Positions 47,952-58,350 of a stretch of 64,000 bases of DNA are shown piece by piece. The position numbers were made by a program, and so were the translations under genes. A model generated the notes under the pieces. The model was not told the origin of the DNA and searched no databases. It saw only the letters and a list, made by a program, of their open reading frames with translations. The stretch's first letter is position 1; every line of letters begins with the position of its first letter. The stretch lies in assembly GCA_043803405.1 (NCBI GenBank), contig JAZDKB010000009.1, positions 64,001-128,000 on the forward strand, written 5' to 3'. The DNA comes from Spirochaetota bacterium (GTDB lineage Bacteria; Spirochaetota; UBA4802; JAFGDQ01).

Positions 47952-49220
47952 TCAAAGTTCTTTGATTAAATCCGGTATTCTTTGATGCGCTTCACTAAAA
48001 ACATCCGGAAGTACTTCGTCCTTGCCCTTTAACAAGCCTATCTTTTGAGATAATTCTATTATCCTGGCATCGTCCAGAAATTTGACATTTGATTCGATAA
48101 GTCCTTTCAGTATGCCTGGAAAAAGAGCATAGCTGTCCATCCATCCGCTCTGAAGAAAATCCCTTACCCCTTTTTCTCTCATAATATCCGTTTGCAGATC
48201 TTTATCCAGCAGGCTGATTATTATTTGCCCTGTTCCGAATCTGTATAATTCATCGGAATCGAACTGATCCTTAAAAATAATTATTAAGTCGGAATTCTCA
48301 TAAATATGTTCATGCGTGGTGGCCAGCCCGCTTTCCCTTTCAAAACTATGCATAAATTTTAAATTATTATCGTATCCAAGGATGCGCTGAAAACCTAACT
48401 TTACAAGCAGCCTTGTTACTCTCAGAGCGCTTATACTGATACCGATCAGACCGACAGTGCAGCTATTTATATTAAAGCTGTTTTTTGTCAGTAAATGAAT
48501 AATCGCGATCAGCAGATATAGCGGGATCTCATCATAACAATGTGACAGGAGAGGCAAAGAAATTTCCTCATAAAGCCGTTCGTATAATGTTATATCATCA
48601 ATATTTTCAAGATCAATAATTCTTATAGCTCTGAATGTTGATACAACCCCAAGAAGAATTTTTACAAAATCATCGAACTGGCCCAGTCGTATCAATAGTG
48701 GGAAAGAATTAAACCCGATAAACTTTTTTAATATAATCGAATCTCTTTCTGCGATGGTATATAACTTTAAATGCTTTTGCAGCAACTCTTCTCCGGCTGT
48801 TATCCCGCATAACATCCCGATATTTCTGAAAATACCGGAATATTGACTAATACTTTCCTTGTCCTGCAGCCTGTTAAAGATCAGTTCCGCTGCTCCGAGA
48901 ACGTTCATCTCATATTCGATTAAATTGTTGAACTGGAGCTTCCCTGTAACATTCAGCATGCCTCCGGATATTTCATTTTCGATCAGGTTCTCGGTTGATG
49001 TTATCTGAAAATTTTCTTCGAATTTAACAATTTTGTTTAAGAGATCCTTATATTTTTCAATATTGGAATAGATGATTTCTATTTGAAACAGGTCTGATCC
49101 GTTTCCGTTTTCGAGTAAAGATATATTTTTGGCAGCGCAGTTTCTTTTATATACTTCATTGATTAAATGCTGTAAATATCCGGTTTTAATTCTTATAATT
49201 AATTTCGATATCAGCCGCAT
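47952..49220 (-). CDS. ACT domain plus malic-enzyme-fold protein, catalytically degenerate
   Basis: Colinear by eye with ACT-containing NAD malic enzymes (GGML.V, KKFIG.NSFPL, E.L.EE..LP, FPGILKGL) but catalytic motifs replaced. Confidence 0.7.
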   Translation of the reverse strand: MRLISKLIIRIKTGYLQHLINEVYKRNCAAKNISLLENGNGSDLFQIEIIYSNIEKYKDLLNKIVKFEENFQITSTENLIENEISGGMLNVTGKLQFNNLIEYEMNVLGAAELIFNRLQDKESISQYSGIFRNIGMLCGITAGEELLQKHLKLYTIAERDSIILKKFIGFNSFPLLIRLGQFDDFVKILLGVVSTFRAIRIIDLENIDDITLYERLYEEISLPLLSHCYDEIPLYLLIAIIHLLTKNSFNINSCTVGLIGISISALRVTRLLVKLGFQRILGYDNNLKFMHSFERESGLATTHEHIYENSDLIIIFKDQFDSDELYRFGTGQIIISLLDKDLQTDIMREKGVRDFLQSGWMDSYALFPGILKGLIESNVKFLDDARIIELSQKIGLLKGKDEVLPDVFSEAHQRIPDLIKEL

Positions 49221-49224
49221 TTTT

Positions 49225-50226
49225 CTATCTGTTCAGTTTTGCAAATATCATTCTTCCTGCAGTGGTCTGGAGAACGGAAGTGACTTCAAGTTCAACTTCC
49301 TTATTTAGCATTTTTCTGCCGTTTTCAACAACCACCATTGTACCGTCATCCAGGTATCCGATCGCCTGGCTCTGGTCTTTTCCTTCTTTAACAAGAGCGA
49401 CTTTCACTTTCTCGCCCGGCAGCATAATCGGCCTGAGAGAATTAGAAAGCTCGTTTATATTTAAGACAGGCACGCCATGAACCTCGGCAACTTTATTTAG
49501 ATTAAAATCGTTTGTGATAAGTTTTGCTTTCATATCGCCAGCAAGTTTTACCAGCTTATCATCCACTTCATTAATTTCAGGATAATCAACATCCGTAATC
49601 TTGACCATAATTACCTTGTCTTTCTGCATTTTATTCAGGATGTCAAGCCCTCTTCTTCCCCTGTTACGTTTGATTGAATCTTTGGAATCGGCCACCATCT
49701 GAAGTTCATTAATAACAAAGTGCGGTACTACAAGAATGCCTTCTATAAAACCTGTGTCGCAAATATCGAAAATTCTTCCGTCGATTATTGTGCTTGTATC
49801 CACGATTTTATAAGAGATATTTCCATCGCTCATCTTCTCCGTTTTCTCAGGCATGATTTTGTTTATAATCGCGAGATCTTCATTATGAATGACAAAAAAT
49901 ATCATCACTGAAAAAGTAATAATATGATATATAACCGCTTTTATTGTATTGAACTGCACATCATCTACAGGTAAAGAAATCAATGATATTCCCAGAATTA
50001 CAAGATGGGCAAGGATAAGCCCAAGCATTAATCCGAATATAGCGGATAAAATATTCCTCGATGACAGGGAATGGGACAGATATTCAATAAGGACTATTAT
50101 CACAAAGGAAATAACTCCTGTAACGCCAACTGAAATTATCTTTGTCATTAATGAAGAATCAAAATTATATATAAATGCTATGCTCATTGTAATTAGGATA
50201 AATAAAACCCTTAATATAATAATCAT
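49225..50226 (-). CDS. Membrane PIN/TRAM domain protein (YacL-like)
   Basis: 4 TM; DTS.IIDGRI, RGRRGL, TNDFNLNKVA, GYLDDGTMVVVE, LQT.AGRMIFA. Confidence 0.93.
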   Translation of the reverse strand: MIIILRVLFILITMSIAFIYNFDSSLMTKIISVGVTGVISFVIIVLIEYLSHSLSSRNILSAIFGLMLGLILAHLVILGISLISLPVDDVQFNTIKAVIYHIITFSVMIFFVIHNEDLAIINKIMPEKTEKMSDGNISYKIVDTSTIIDGRIFDICDTGFIEGILVVPHFVINELQMVADSKDSIKRNRGRRGLDILNKMQKDKVIMVKITDVDYPEINEVDDKLVKLAGDMKAKLITNDFNLNKVAEVHGVPVLNINELSNSLRPIMLPGEKVKVALVKEGKDQSQAIGYLDDGTMVVVENGRKMLNKEVELEVTSVLQTTAGRMIFAKLNR

Positions 50227-50341
50227 AAATACTCCTTTAAAAAAATAATAAATAGTTCTTGAGGTGAATTAAATATAAATAAGCTTGTGAAAAACAGTTA
50301 AAATCAAGAAGCCTGTTTTATGTTTTATCAATAGGGGTCAA

Positions 50342-50824
50342 TTAAGTGGTCGAGAGCGCATCGGAAACCAGGTTGCCGGAATCTTCTATTTCAACATCCT
50401 TTGCGTATGCGATCTCGTAAATAATAAACTGATAAGCATTCTCGTAAAGCTTTCTTTCCATTATCGATAAGTCCTTTTCTTTTCCGCGCTGGTATAAATC
50501 CCGTAAAACCTCTGCGACTTTGAGTATTGATCCGCTTTTAACCTTATCAATATTATTCTGATACCTTATTTTCCAGTCTTCTTCGGTTATTTGATTGGTC
50601 TTTTTAAGAACGCTTAATACTTTACTGATTTCTTTTTTCTGAATAATGCCCCTGATACCTATTGAATCCGCATTTTTAACAGGAATCATGACTTTCATCC
50701 CGCTATTGACAATTGTAATTATATAATAATCATCCTTCTTGTTAAGAACAGTTTTTTTCTCTATTGCTTCTATTACGCCTATCCCGTGCATCGGATAAAC
50801 TATTTTATCGCCAACTTTATACAT
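50342..50824 (-). CDS. carD: CarD family transcription regulator
   Basis: VGDKIVYPMHGIG, VMIPV, GIR, W..RY, VLRDL. Confidence 0.93.
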   Translation of the reverse strand: MYKVGDKIVYPMHGIGVIEAIEKKTVLNKKDDYYIITIVNSGMKVMIPVKNADSIGIRGIIQKKEISKVLSVLKKTNQITEEDWKIRYQNNIDKVKSGSILKVAEVLRDLYQRGKEKDLSIMERKLYENAYQFIIYEIAYAKDVEIEDSGNLVSDALSTT

Positions 50825-50959
50825 TTTAAACTCCTGAAGGATGAAAAACTCTCAATTAAGGCGCACCTTAAAATCCGAAAAAGCAAGTAAAAAAACATCT
50901 TTTAAGACACATTCTTATCAAATACACAAATATTATTGAATTTCAACAACTATTTTTAA

Positions 50960-53317
50960 TTATTGATTATTAATCTTTACTCCTTCTTTCTCTACATATC
51001 TGTCCAGAAGAGATTTTACCTGCAAATGTTTGCCGGAACATGTTTCCGTGGGACCTCCGCCCTGTATCATGTACTCTACGTGTGTTTCAGCGCACAGAGG
51101 CGAAGGTAAAAGGCCGGTAAACGAACATACTTCCGCCGAATATACGCCCTGCGGCGGGGGACTAAAATTCCTTCCGTCTTTAAGGCTTATGCTTTTCATA
51201 TAATTCGCCCATATCGGAGCAGCCGCAACTGCCCCGGCCTGATGTTTGCCTAAAGTCATAAACGGTTTGTCGTAGCCGATCCAAACAACAGCAGCCAGAT
51301 CCGGTGTGAAACCGCAAAACCACGCGTCTGTCCAGTTTGTGGTTGTTCCTGTCTTGCCTGCGCAGGGTTTGGTAAACTGGGCATTCTTTCTGACAGCTGC
51401 ATAAGCTGTACCGCCGTTTACGACCGACTGCATAAGAGACGTCATTATAAACGCGACATCTTCCGGTATTATATGGATTGTTCCGTTAAGCTCCATTTCT
51501 GCAATAATATTGCCGACATCCTCTTCGGTATTATCGAGTTCATTGCCGTCCCTGTCAGTTACGTATCTCACGGCAAAAGGGATCACTTCTTTACCGTTAT
51601 TTGCATAGATCGCATAGCCCCTTGCCATTTCTAGCGGTGTTAATCCGCAGACGCCCAGCGCAAGGGACGGTGTCGGGGTAAATCTCGATTCCGGCACCCT
51701 TAAAACTTTTCTGGCGTAATCTATTATTACATCAGGGCCTATTATGTCGAATATTCTTACAGAGATAACATTTATTGAAAGCGCAAGAGCGGTTCTTAAT
51801 TTAACGAAGCCCGAAAAGCTGTCCTTATAGTTTCCGGGGCTCCATGTTTCCCCTGACTCATCAATATTCAGAATAGGAGAATCGGGCAGCGTTGTGGCTG
51901 CGTTTATCAGCTTCGATTCGATTCCAGAGCCGTAAACAAAAGGCTTAAACGCTGACCCTACCTGTCTCTTTGCCTGTGCCGCCCTGTTGTACTGGTTATC
52001 CACGCTGAAACCTGACCCGCCTACCATGGTCGTTATATGCCCGGTAGCCGGCTCTATTGCGACAAAAGCGCCTTCAACCTTTAAGGCTGAAGATATGTCC
52101 GTGCCCGCAGAACGGTATCTCTCGAGCGCTTTACTGCATTTTCCCGAGTCCGCCATAAGGCTCAGAATGTCGATGTCGTCTACTGCGTCGTCTATCATTA
52201 TTTTATTAAAATACGATTCAATATCATTTTTTCTTTTTATAAGAGGAAGATCGAATATGTTCCCGAGAGAATCGTATATACGGAAAAGCTCTTTATCAAC
52301 TGCCAGGTTGGTATATTTATTCGATGTTGACGAAATTTCGTTTTGTGCTTTCAGCCCGTCCGTAACAAATTTTTGCGCGAGTCTCTGATTCTTCAGATTC
52401 AGCGTTGTATAAACGCAAAGCCCTTCATTGTAAACTGTGTCTTTACCGAATTTCGAAAGCAGTACCTGCCTTACATAATCTGTAAAGTATGGCGCGTTGT
52501 CAATGTTGCCGGTATTCGCGGTCCTTGTCGGAAAGTCATCCATAATCGAATCGATAAACGCGGGCCAGAATTCATTGTAAATTTTTTCCGCCTTTTCCTC
52601 AGTAAGAAAACCGGCATTTATCATTCTGTTTAATGTATCCCTGTTCTTTTCGTAAGCATTTCGTGGATTCTGGAACGGAGAATATTTTCTTGGCGCAGAA
52701 GGCAAAGCCGCAATTATAGAGCTTTCCATTACGTTTAAATCTTTGACTTCTTTATTAAAAAATAACCTCGCAGCAGAGGCTATACCGTAACATCCGTGGC
52801 CCAGATATATCTGGTTAAAATACATTTCAAGAATCTCTTCTTTGGAAAATTTCTTTTCTATCTGAAGAGCGAGTACTGCTTCCATTGCCTTCCTGAAAAG
52901 AGTCCTTTCGCCGCCTGTGAACAGGCGCTTGGCAAGCTGCTGCGTAATGGTCGAGCCTCCCTGCACTACTCTGCCTGCTGCCAGGTTTTTAAAGAATGCC
53001 CTGATAATGGCTGAAGGATTTAATCCGATATGCCTGTAAAAATCCCTGTCCTCTGCCGCCAAAAATGCGTTTATCAGACTTTTAGGGAGTTCTTCGAAAG
53101 AGATGAGTTCCCGCTTCTCCTGGAACAGTTCAGCAATAAGCTCCCCGTTGACATCATAAAGCTTTGTCGGCAGGCTCGGCTGGAACTGCCTGAGGTTATT
53201 GATGCCGGAAAAATGCCTCATCTGGGAAACGACATAACCGAACATTATGCCGCCGATCAATGAAAAGCTTATTATTGAAATGAACGCTATTCTTTCGAAT
53301 TTTGATTTGAATTCCAT
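50960..53317 (-). CDS. Class A penicillin-binding protein (PBP1A family)
   Basis: EDRDFY.H, GGSTITQQL, RK..E, SAFK (SxxK), SIN, KTGT. Confidence 0.94.
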   Translation of the reverse strand: MEFKSKFERIAFISIISFSLIGGIMFGYVVSQMRHFSGINNLRQFQPSLPTKLYDVNGELIAELFQEKRELISFEELPKSLINAFLAAEDRDFYRHIGLNPSAIIRAFFKNLAAGRVVQGGSTITQQLAKRLFTGGERTLFRKAMEAVLALQIEKKFSKEEILEMYFNQIYLGHGCYGIASAARLFFNKEVKDLNVMESSIIAALPSAPRKYSPFQNPRNAYEKNRDTLNRMINAGFLTEEKAEKIYNEFWPAFIDSIMDDFPTRTANTGNIDNAPYFTDYVRQVLLSKFGKDTVYNEGLCVYTTLNLKNQRLAQKFVTDGLKAQNEISSTSNKYTNLAVDKELFRIYDSLGNIFDLPLIKRKNDIESYFNKIMIDDAVDDIDILSLMADSGKCSKALERYRSAGTDISSALKVEGAFVAIEPATGHITTMVGGSGFSVDNQYNRAAQAKRQVGSAFKPFVYGSGIESKLINAATTLPDSPILNIDESGETWSPGNYKDSFSGFVKLRTALALSINVISVRIFDIIGPDVIIDYARKVLRVPESRFTPTPSLALGVCGLTPLEMARGYAIYANNGKEVIPFAVRYVTDRDGNELDNTEEDVGNIIAEMELNGTIHIIPEDVAFIMTSLMQSVVNGGTAYAAVRKNAQFTKPCAGKTGTTTNWTDAWFCGFTPDLAAVVWIGYDKPFMTLGKHQAGAVAAAPIWANYMKSISLKDGRNFSPPPQGVYSAEVCSFTGLLPSPLCAETHVEYMIQGGGPTETCSGKHLQVKSLLDRYVEKEGVKINNQ

Positions 53318-53327
53318 TCAGTATTTC

Positions 53328-54476
53328 TTATGGTCTCTCTGCTACGGTAATAAAGAGATTAATTGTTTGTTTATTTCTGACAACCTGAATCTTCAGCGTT
53401 TTGCCTATAGGCATCTTACCGATAATATCAAGAAGATCCCCGTAGTTCTCAATTTTCTTATCATCAATAATAGTGATCAGGTCACCTACTGTTAAGCCGC
53501 CTTTGGCTGCCGGGCTTTTCTCAACTACAGCTCCTACAAGCGCCCCTTTGTTGTCCTTAAGCCCAAGCTCGCGGGCATACTCTTCAGTTAATGGCACGAT
53601 CTGCACTCCAATATATCCTCTCTTGACTTTCTTGTTAACTTTAAGCTGTTCAAGAATCGATTTTGCGGTATTCATCGGGATAGCAAAGCCTATTCCAATA
53701 TTTCCGCCTGTCTGTGAATATATCATGCGGTTAATGCCAATAACTTCGCCCTTTATGTTGATAAGCGGCCCGCCGGAGTTGCCCGGATTGATCGAAGCGT
53801 CTGTCTGTATCAGCGACAGAGAGCTGCCCATCATGTCTACATCGTGCCTTCCTGTTGCGCTTACAACCCCGACTGTGAATGTTTTATCCAGCCCGAATGG
53901 ATTACCTATGGCTATTGCCCAGTCGCCGACTTTAACCTTATCCGAATTGCCGAGATACGCGGATTTAAGGTCGCCGCCTGCTTTTATCTTGATCAGCGCA
54001 ATATCCGTAGGCTCATCAGAACCTATTACAACTGCGTCATAGGTCTTGTTTTCTATCTTAACAGTAACCTTATCCACTCCCTGAATTACATGATGGTTTG
54101 TGCATATATAGCCGTCGCTGGAAATTATAAAACCTGTTCCAAGACCTGTGCGTTTTTGTGTCTTTGGAGCCTGTCTCTGGTTAGGGCCTCCGAAGAACTC
54201 CCTGAAGAACGGATCATTGAAGAACGGATTCGGCTGAACTTTCACAGTCTGTTCAGTGCTTATAAACACAACTCTTTCTTTATATAGTTCATAAATTTCC
54301 CTGAAAATATCCTGAATTTCGAGGGCTTTTACAGTGCCGGATTTATTTACAAGAGGCGACTCTTTTGTTTCCCCAAGCAGAGGCACTTCATTCTGCGAGC
54401 AGGAAAAATTATACAAAGATAATACAATAAAACATCCAACTATAACCGGAATAAAATATTTAATTTTTGTTTTCAT
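53328..54476 (-). CDS. HtrA/DegP-family serine protease with one PDZ domain
   Basis: GTGFII, TNHHV, DIALIK, INPGNSGGPL, C-terminal PDZ. Confidence 0.94.
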   Translation of the reverse strand: MKTKIKYFIPVIVGCFIVLSLYNFSCSQNEVPLLGETKESPLVNKSGTVKALEIQDIFREIYELYKERVVFISTEQTVKVQPNPFFNDPFFREFFGGPNQRQAPKTQKRTGLGTGFIISSDGYICTNHHVIQGVDKVTVKIENKTYDAVVIGSDEPTDIALIKIKAGGDLKSAYLGNSDKVKVGDWAIAIGNPFGLDKTFTVGVVSATGRHDVDMMGSSLSLIQTDASINPGNSGGPLINIKGEVIGINRMIYSQTGGNIGIGFAIPMNTAKSILEQLKVNKKVKRGYIGVQIVPLTEEYARELGLKDNKGALVGAVVEKSPAAKGGLTVGDLITIIDDKKIENYGDLLDIIGKMPIGKTLKIQVVRNKQTINLFITVAERP

Positions 54477-54534
54477 TATGATACCCCTGAGAAATAATAT
54501 TACAGAAACACATAAGACTAAAAAAACCTTACAG

Positions 54535-56097
54535 TCAACTAAATTTCTTGAAGAGTTTAACGGCTAAATTTTTAATTGTTACAACCTCGTGAACCCTGAG
54601 CAGAAAGCATGTAACGAAATAAACCGCTATCCCGGTAATGACTATTATTACAAGAAAAATCATTCTTTTAACAAACGGGTCATTTGCCCAGTCCACAAAT
54701 CCGGCTATTAACGAAATTGAAACTGCCATTACAATGCCGGCAAGAACGAATTTCAATACCGGCAGCATGAACTGCCCGAATCCGATATGCCCTATTTTTT
54801 TTTGTAAGATGTAAACCAGTATTAGCATTTGAACTGTAGATGCTATCGAAAGTCCCAGCGTAAGGCCGCCGTGTTTAAGCGCTGTCTGCATAAGAAAAAA
54901 TCCTGAACCTATGTTTACAAAAAAAGATAAGAGCGATGTATACACAGGCGTCTTAGTATCCTTCAATGAATAATAAGCGGGAACTGTTATGCGCAGGATG
55001 GAGATCGAAGGGATGCCGATGCTCGCGTAAAACAGCGCTTTGTAAGTCATGTCCACATCATAAAAGCTGAAATTGCCTCTCTTGAACAGAACGGAAATAA
55101 TCGGGAGCCCCGCGTACATTAGCGCGATCGCAGCCGGAATGCTGATGAGCAGCACAGCTTTTACGGATGATAAGTACAGGTCGCGTATTTTGCTCATATC
55201 GCCGGCCGCCGCAAAGCCGGAAAGCTCCGGCAGAAGCACATTGCCGAGCGATACTACGAACACTCCGAGAACTACCTCGGTCAGCCTGTCCGAATAGAAC
55301 AGCCAGCTAATGCTGCCTCCGGGAAGCGTGGACGCAAGCATTGTGCTCATTATAATATTTATCTGGTATATTGCGATCCCGAAAAGCGCGGGAGCCATCA
55401 TCTTGAATATCTTTCTTATCCCAGGATGATTGAGATCCAGTGAAAATTTCATTTTAAAACCGGCTCTTATCATATACGGGATCTGCAGAATGAGCTGCAT
55501 TACACCACCCAGCAGTATCCCGATTGCAAGGCCGTAGAGCGGCTTGTCGAAAAACCTGCTTAAAAATAACGCGCCGAATATATTGCCCACATTAAAAAGC
55601 ACGGGCGAGAAAGACGGCCCGAAAAAATACTTGTGCGAATTAAGGTAACCCATGGCAAATGATACAAGGCTTATCAGAAACAGATAGGGGAACATCAACC
55701 TGTTTAGGCCGATTGTAAGCGATATTTGTTCGGCGTTTGTAAACCCGTATCCGAAAAGACGGACGATCTCCGGTGAAAATATCATGCCAAGGCTGACTAT
55801 TAAAAAAACGAATACGGACAGGGCCGATAAGGTCTTCTGTGCGAGTTCCAGCGCCTCGCTGCGTTCCTTTGTCATCAGGTATTCGGTGTAAACCGGGACA
55901 AAAGAGATGGTAAGACAGCCTTCCGCAACAAACCTGCGGAAGAGATTAGGGATGCGGAATGCTACGTAAAAGCCGTCCACAAGGGCGTTTGCCCCGAATA
56001 CGCTGCTTATTACAATGTCCCTTATAAGCCCCATTATGCGGCTAAGCAAAGTAAAAAAAGCGACAACACCTGTTGATTTTAAAATCGATTTGTCCAT
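54535..56097 (-). CDS. murJ: Lipid II flippase MurJ
   Basis: SRIMGLIRD, AFRIPNLFRR..AEG, FVP, YSDRL, RGNF, DTKTP. Confidence 0.95.
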   Translation of the reverse strand: MDKSILKSTGVVAFFTLLSRIMGLIRDIVISSVFGANALVDGFYVAFRIPNLFRRFVAEGCLTISFVPVYTEYLMTKERSEALELAQKTLSALSVFVFLIVSLGMIFSPEIVRLFGYGFTNAEQISLTIGLNRLMFPYLFLISLVSFAMGYLNSHKYFFGPSFSPVLFNVGNIFGALFLSRFFDKPLYGLAIGILLGGVMQLILQIPYMIRAGFKMKFSLDLNHPGIRKIFKMMAPALFGIAIYQINIIMSTMLASTLPGGSISWLFYSDRLTEVVLGVFVVSLGNVLLPELSGFAAAGDMSKIRDLYLSSVKAVLLISIPAAIALMYAGLPIISVLFKRGNFSFYDVDMTYKALFYASIGIPSISILRITVPAYYSLKDTKTPVYTSLLSFFVNIGSGFFLMQTALKHGGLTLGLSIASTVQMLILVYILQKKIGHIGFGQFMLPVLKFVLAGIVMAVSISLIAGFVDWANDPFVKRMIFLVIIVITGIAVYFVTCFLLRVHEVVTIKNLAVKLFKKFS

Positions 56098-56145
56098 TCT
56101 GTTTTATCTTTTTGTATAATAATTACCGGTTTTTCACTTCTGGAT

Positions 56146-56250
56146 ATGGGGGATTCTTTCCCCCAAGTATGAGGGCTCTTTTCCCTAACACGGGGACAGT
56201 TTCCCCAAAAACGGGGATGCTTCCCCCAACATGGGAATAATTGCCCCATA
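56146..56250. repeat. Tandem array of five 20-23 bp palindromic units
   Basis: ATGGGGGATTCTTTCCCCCAAGT / ATGAGGGCTCTTTTCCCTAAC / ACGGGGACAGTTTCCCCAAAA / ACGGGGATGCTTCCCCCAAC / ATGGGAATAATTGCCCCATA. Confidence 0.8.
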
Positions 56251-56263
56251 ATATATTATTATT

Positions 56264-58198
56264 CTATACTTCCGGAGAGCCTGTAAACGCAGCCGGAACG
56301 GCTTCAACTACTGCGGTTTCCCCTTTAAGAATGCAATCAATTTTTCCGAAAAATTTTGGGAATTCCGCGCCGATGAAAAACTGCGAAGAGAGCACCTTGC
56401 CGTAATAAAAAGCTGCTTCAGCATTATTGTTGATAATTTTCTGCAGCTCTTCGCCCTTTGCTTTTCCGGTAAGCTGTTTAAGTTTTGGAAGCGATATAGA
56501 GAGGCTCCACAGGTGAAGCCATGCGAGAACCATCATAAACATAGATTGCAGGAAAGGAACGGCATTAACTGCCGGCGGGAGAGACACTAAAGATGCAAGA
56601 TCAACGCGTCTGCGCAATATCTTATTAAATAAAACAAAAATCATGAATTTTATATTCTTTTGTTTATTTAAATAGTATAATGCTTTATCAAGCTTTCTAA
56701 GGCCGGATCTTACAGCTTTTATATATTTTGCTTCAACAATTCCTTTTGAATTTGAAATTGTTTCTTTTACTTTTTTTCTCCAGACTTTGTAATCGTATTG
56801 TCTTTTGTTGAATATTATTTTTCTGAAAATAAGATCCATTGCCTGGATGCCGTTCGTGCCTTCGTAGATCGAAAATATTTTGCAGTCGCGTGCGAACTGC
56901 TCAACAGGATATTCGGATATATAGCCGTAGCCTCCGTATACTTGTATGGCTTCGGCCGTTATCCGCCACGACATATCGGATATCCCTGCCTTGATGAGCG
57001 GGGTGAGTATCTCGATAAGTCCCTTTGCATAGCGGGCATCCCTGTTATCGAACATCTGGGCAGTATCCATGCATGAAGATGTAAAGTACGCCAGCATTCT
57101 CATTCCTTCAACATAGGACTTCATCCATAACAGCATTCTCTTTACATCGGGATGTTCTATTATATAAACTGCATGAGCGTCCGGTTTCATCATTTGCGAA
57201 ATATGAACGCCCTGCTTACGTGTCTTCGCGTAAGCAACAGCGTGCATGTATGCCATGCTCGACTGCCCCAGAGCCTGCATCCCTGTGCTTATTCGCGCAT
57301 GATTCATAAGAAAGAACATGCATTTTATCCCTTTCTGTTCCTCACCCAGCAGGTATCCGACACATTTGCCGTTTTCTCCGAAGTTTAGCGTTGCAGTTGA
57401 ACTGCTTTTAATACCCATTTTATGTTCTATACCGCAGCATATAACATCATTTCTTTCTCCACGTGAGCCGTCCGGGTTCACTATGTATTTTGGGACAATA
57501 AATAAAGACAGTCCCTTGGTGCCGACAGGATGGCCTTCGATCCGGGCAAGAACAGCATGAATAATATTCCCCGTAATGTCATGTTCGCCTGATGAGATAA
57601 ATATTTTCTGGCCTGTTAAGAGGTATGTGCCGTCCGGCTGTTTTACTGCCTTGGTTTTAATATTGCCGACATCCGAACCTGCCTCAGGTTCAGTGAGGCA
57701 CATAGTGCCGCTGAATTCTCCGTTATGCATTTTATCAACGAACATTTTTTTTTGCTCATCAGTGCCGAACTCCCTGATAAGCGCAGCAGCACCGTGCGTT
57801 AATCCGAGATACATAAATGCGGAAGTGTTTCCGCTGACAAAATATTCGTCGCATGCCGTAGAGATAACTTCCGGCATACCCATGCCTCCCTCTTCCATGC
57901 CGATTCTTAACTTGAAAAAGCCCGCTTCTTTAAACGCTTTCCAGCACGCTTTTACGGATTCCGGCACTTTTACTTCGCAGGTTGCGCAATCGTACTTTAC
58001 CCCGCCCTCTTTATCCCCCGCAGAATTTGAAGGATAAAAAGTATCGACTGCAATCCGCTCAGCAAGCTCCAGCGTTTCATTAAATATTTCTTTATCAAGA
58101 TCGGAAAATTTAGGATGCTGAAGCAGCTTCTCGGCATTCAGCATTTCGAACAAAACAAACCTTACATCACGCGAATCAAGCAATGGATTATGTGCCAT
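56264..58198 (-). CDS. Acyl-CoA dehydrogenase (long, about 600 aa type)
   Basis: MCLTEPEAGSD, GQKIFIS.GEHD, EHKMG, IIEHPDVKRML, AIQVYGGYGY, IYEGTNGIQA. Confidence 0.93.
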   Translation of the reverse strand: MAHNPLLDSRDVRFVLFEMLNAEKLLQHPKFSDLDKEIFNETLELAERIAVDTFYPSNSAGDKEGGVKYDCATCEVKVPESVKACWKAFKEAGFFKLRIGMEEGGMGMPEVISTACDEYFVSGNTSAFMYLGLTHGAAALIREFGTDEQKKMFVDKMHNGEFSGTMCLTEPEAGSDVGNIKTKAVKQPDGTYLLTGQKIFISSGEHDITGNIIHAVLARIEGHPVGTKGLSLFIVPKYIVNPDGSRGERNDVICCGIEHKMGIKSSSTATLNFGENGKCVGYLLGEEQKGIKCMFFLMNHARISTGMQALGQSSMAYMHAVAYAKTRKQGVHISQMMKPDAHAVYIIEHPDVKRMLLWMKSYVEGMRMLAYFTSSCMDTAQMFDNRDARYAKGLIEILTPLIKAGISDMSWRITAEAIQVYGGYGYISEYPVEQFARDCKIFSIYEGTNGIQAMDLIFRKIIFNKRQYDYKVWRKKVKETISNSKGIVEAKYIKAVRSGLRKLDKALYYLNKQKNIKFMIFVLFNKILRRRVDLASLVSLPPAVNAVPFLQSMFMMVLAWLHLWSLSISLPKLKQLTGKAKGEELQKIINNNAEAAFYYGKVLSSQFFIGAEFPKFFGKIDCILKGETAVVEAVPAAFTGSPEV

Positions 58199-58350
58199 GG
58201 AAATCACCTCGTATTTAAAATGATTTACATTTAAATGTTAGCTTAAATAACTGCAAAGTCAATCTGAATTTGAGATGACTGATAAATAGTGCATCCGTGT
58301 ATCGAGACAATAACAATCAATTTTCAGGATAGATTTTAGGACGGCTATTA

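Noticed and set aside
56146..56250. Possible mini-CRISPR array
   Set aside because: Units abut without unique spacers, are too divergent, and no cas genes are in the window
58223..58250. dif-like site near xerD
   Set aside because: Only loose AT-rich resemblance; no convincing XerD arm (TTATGTTAAAT)
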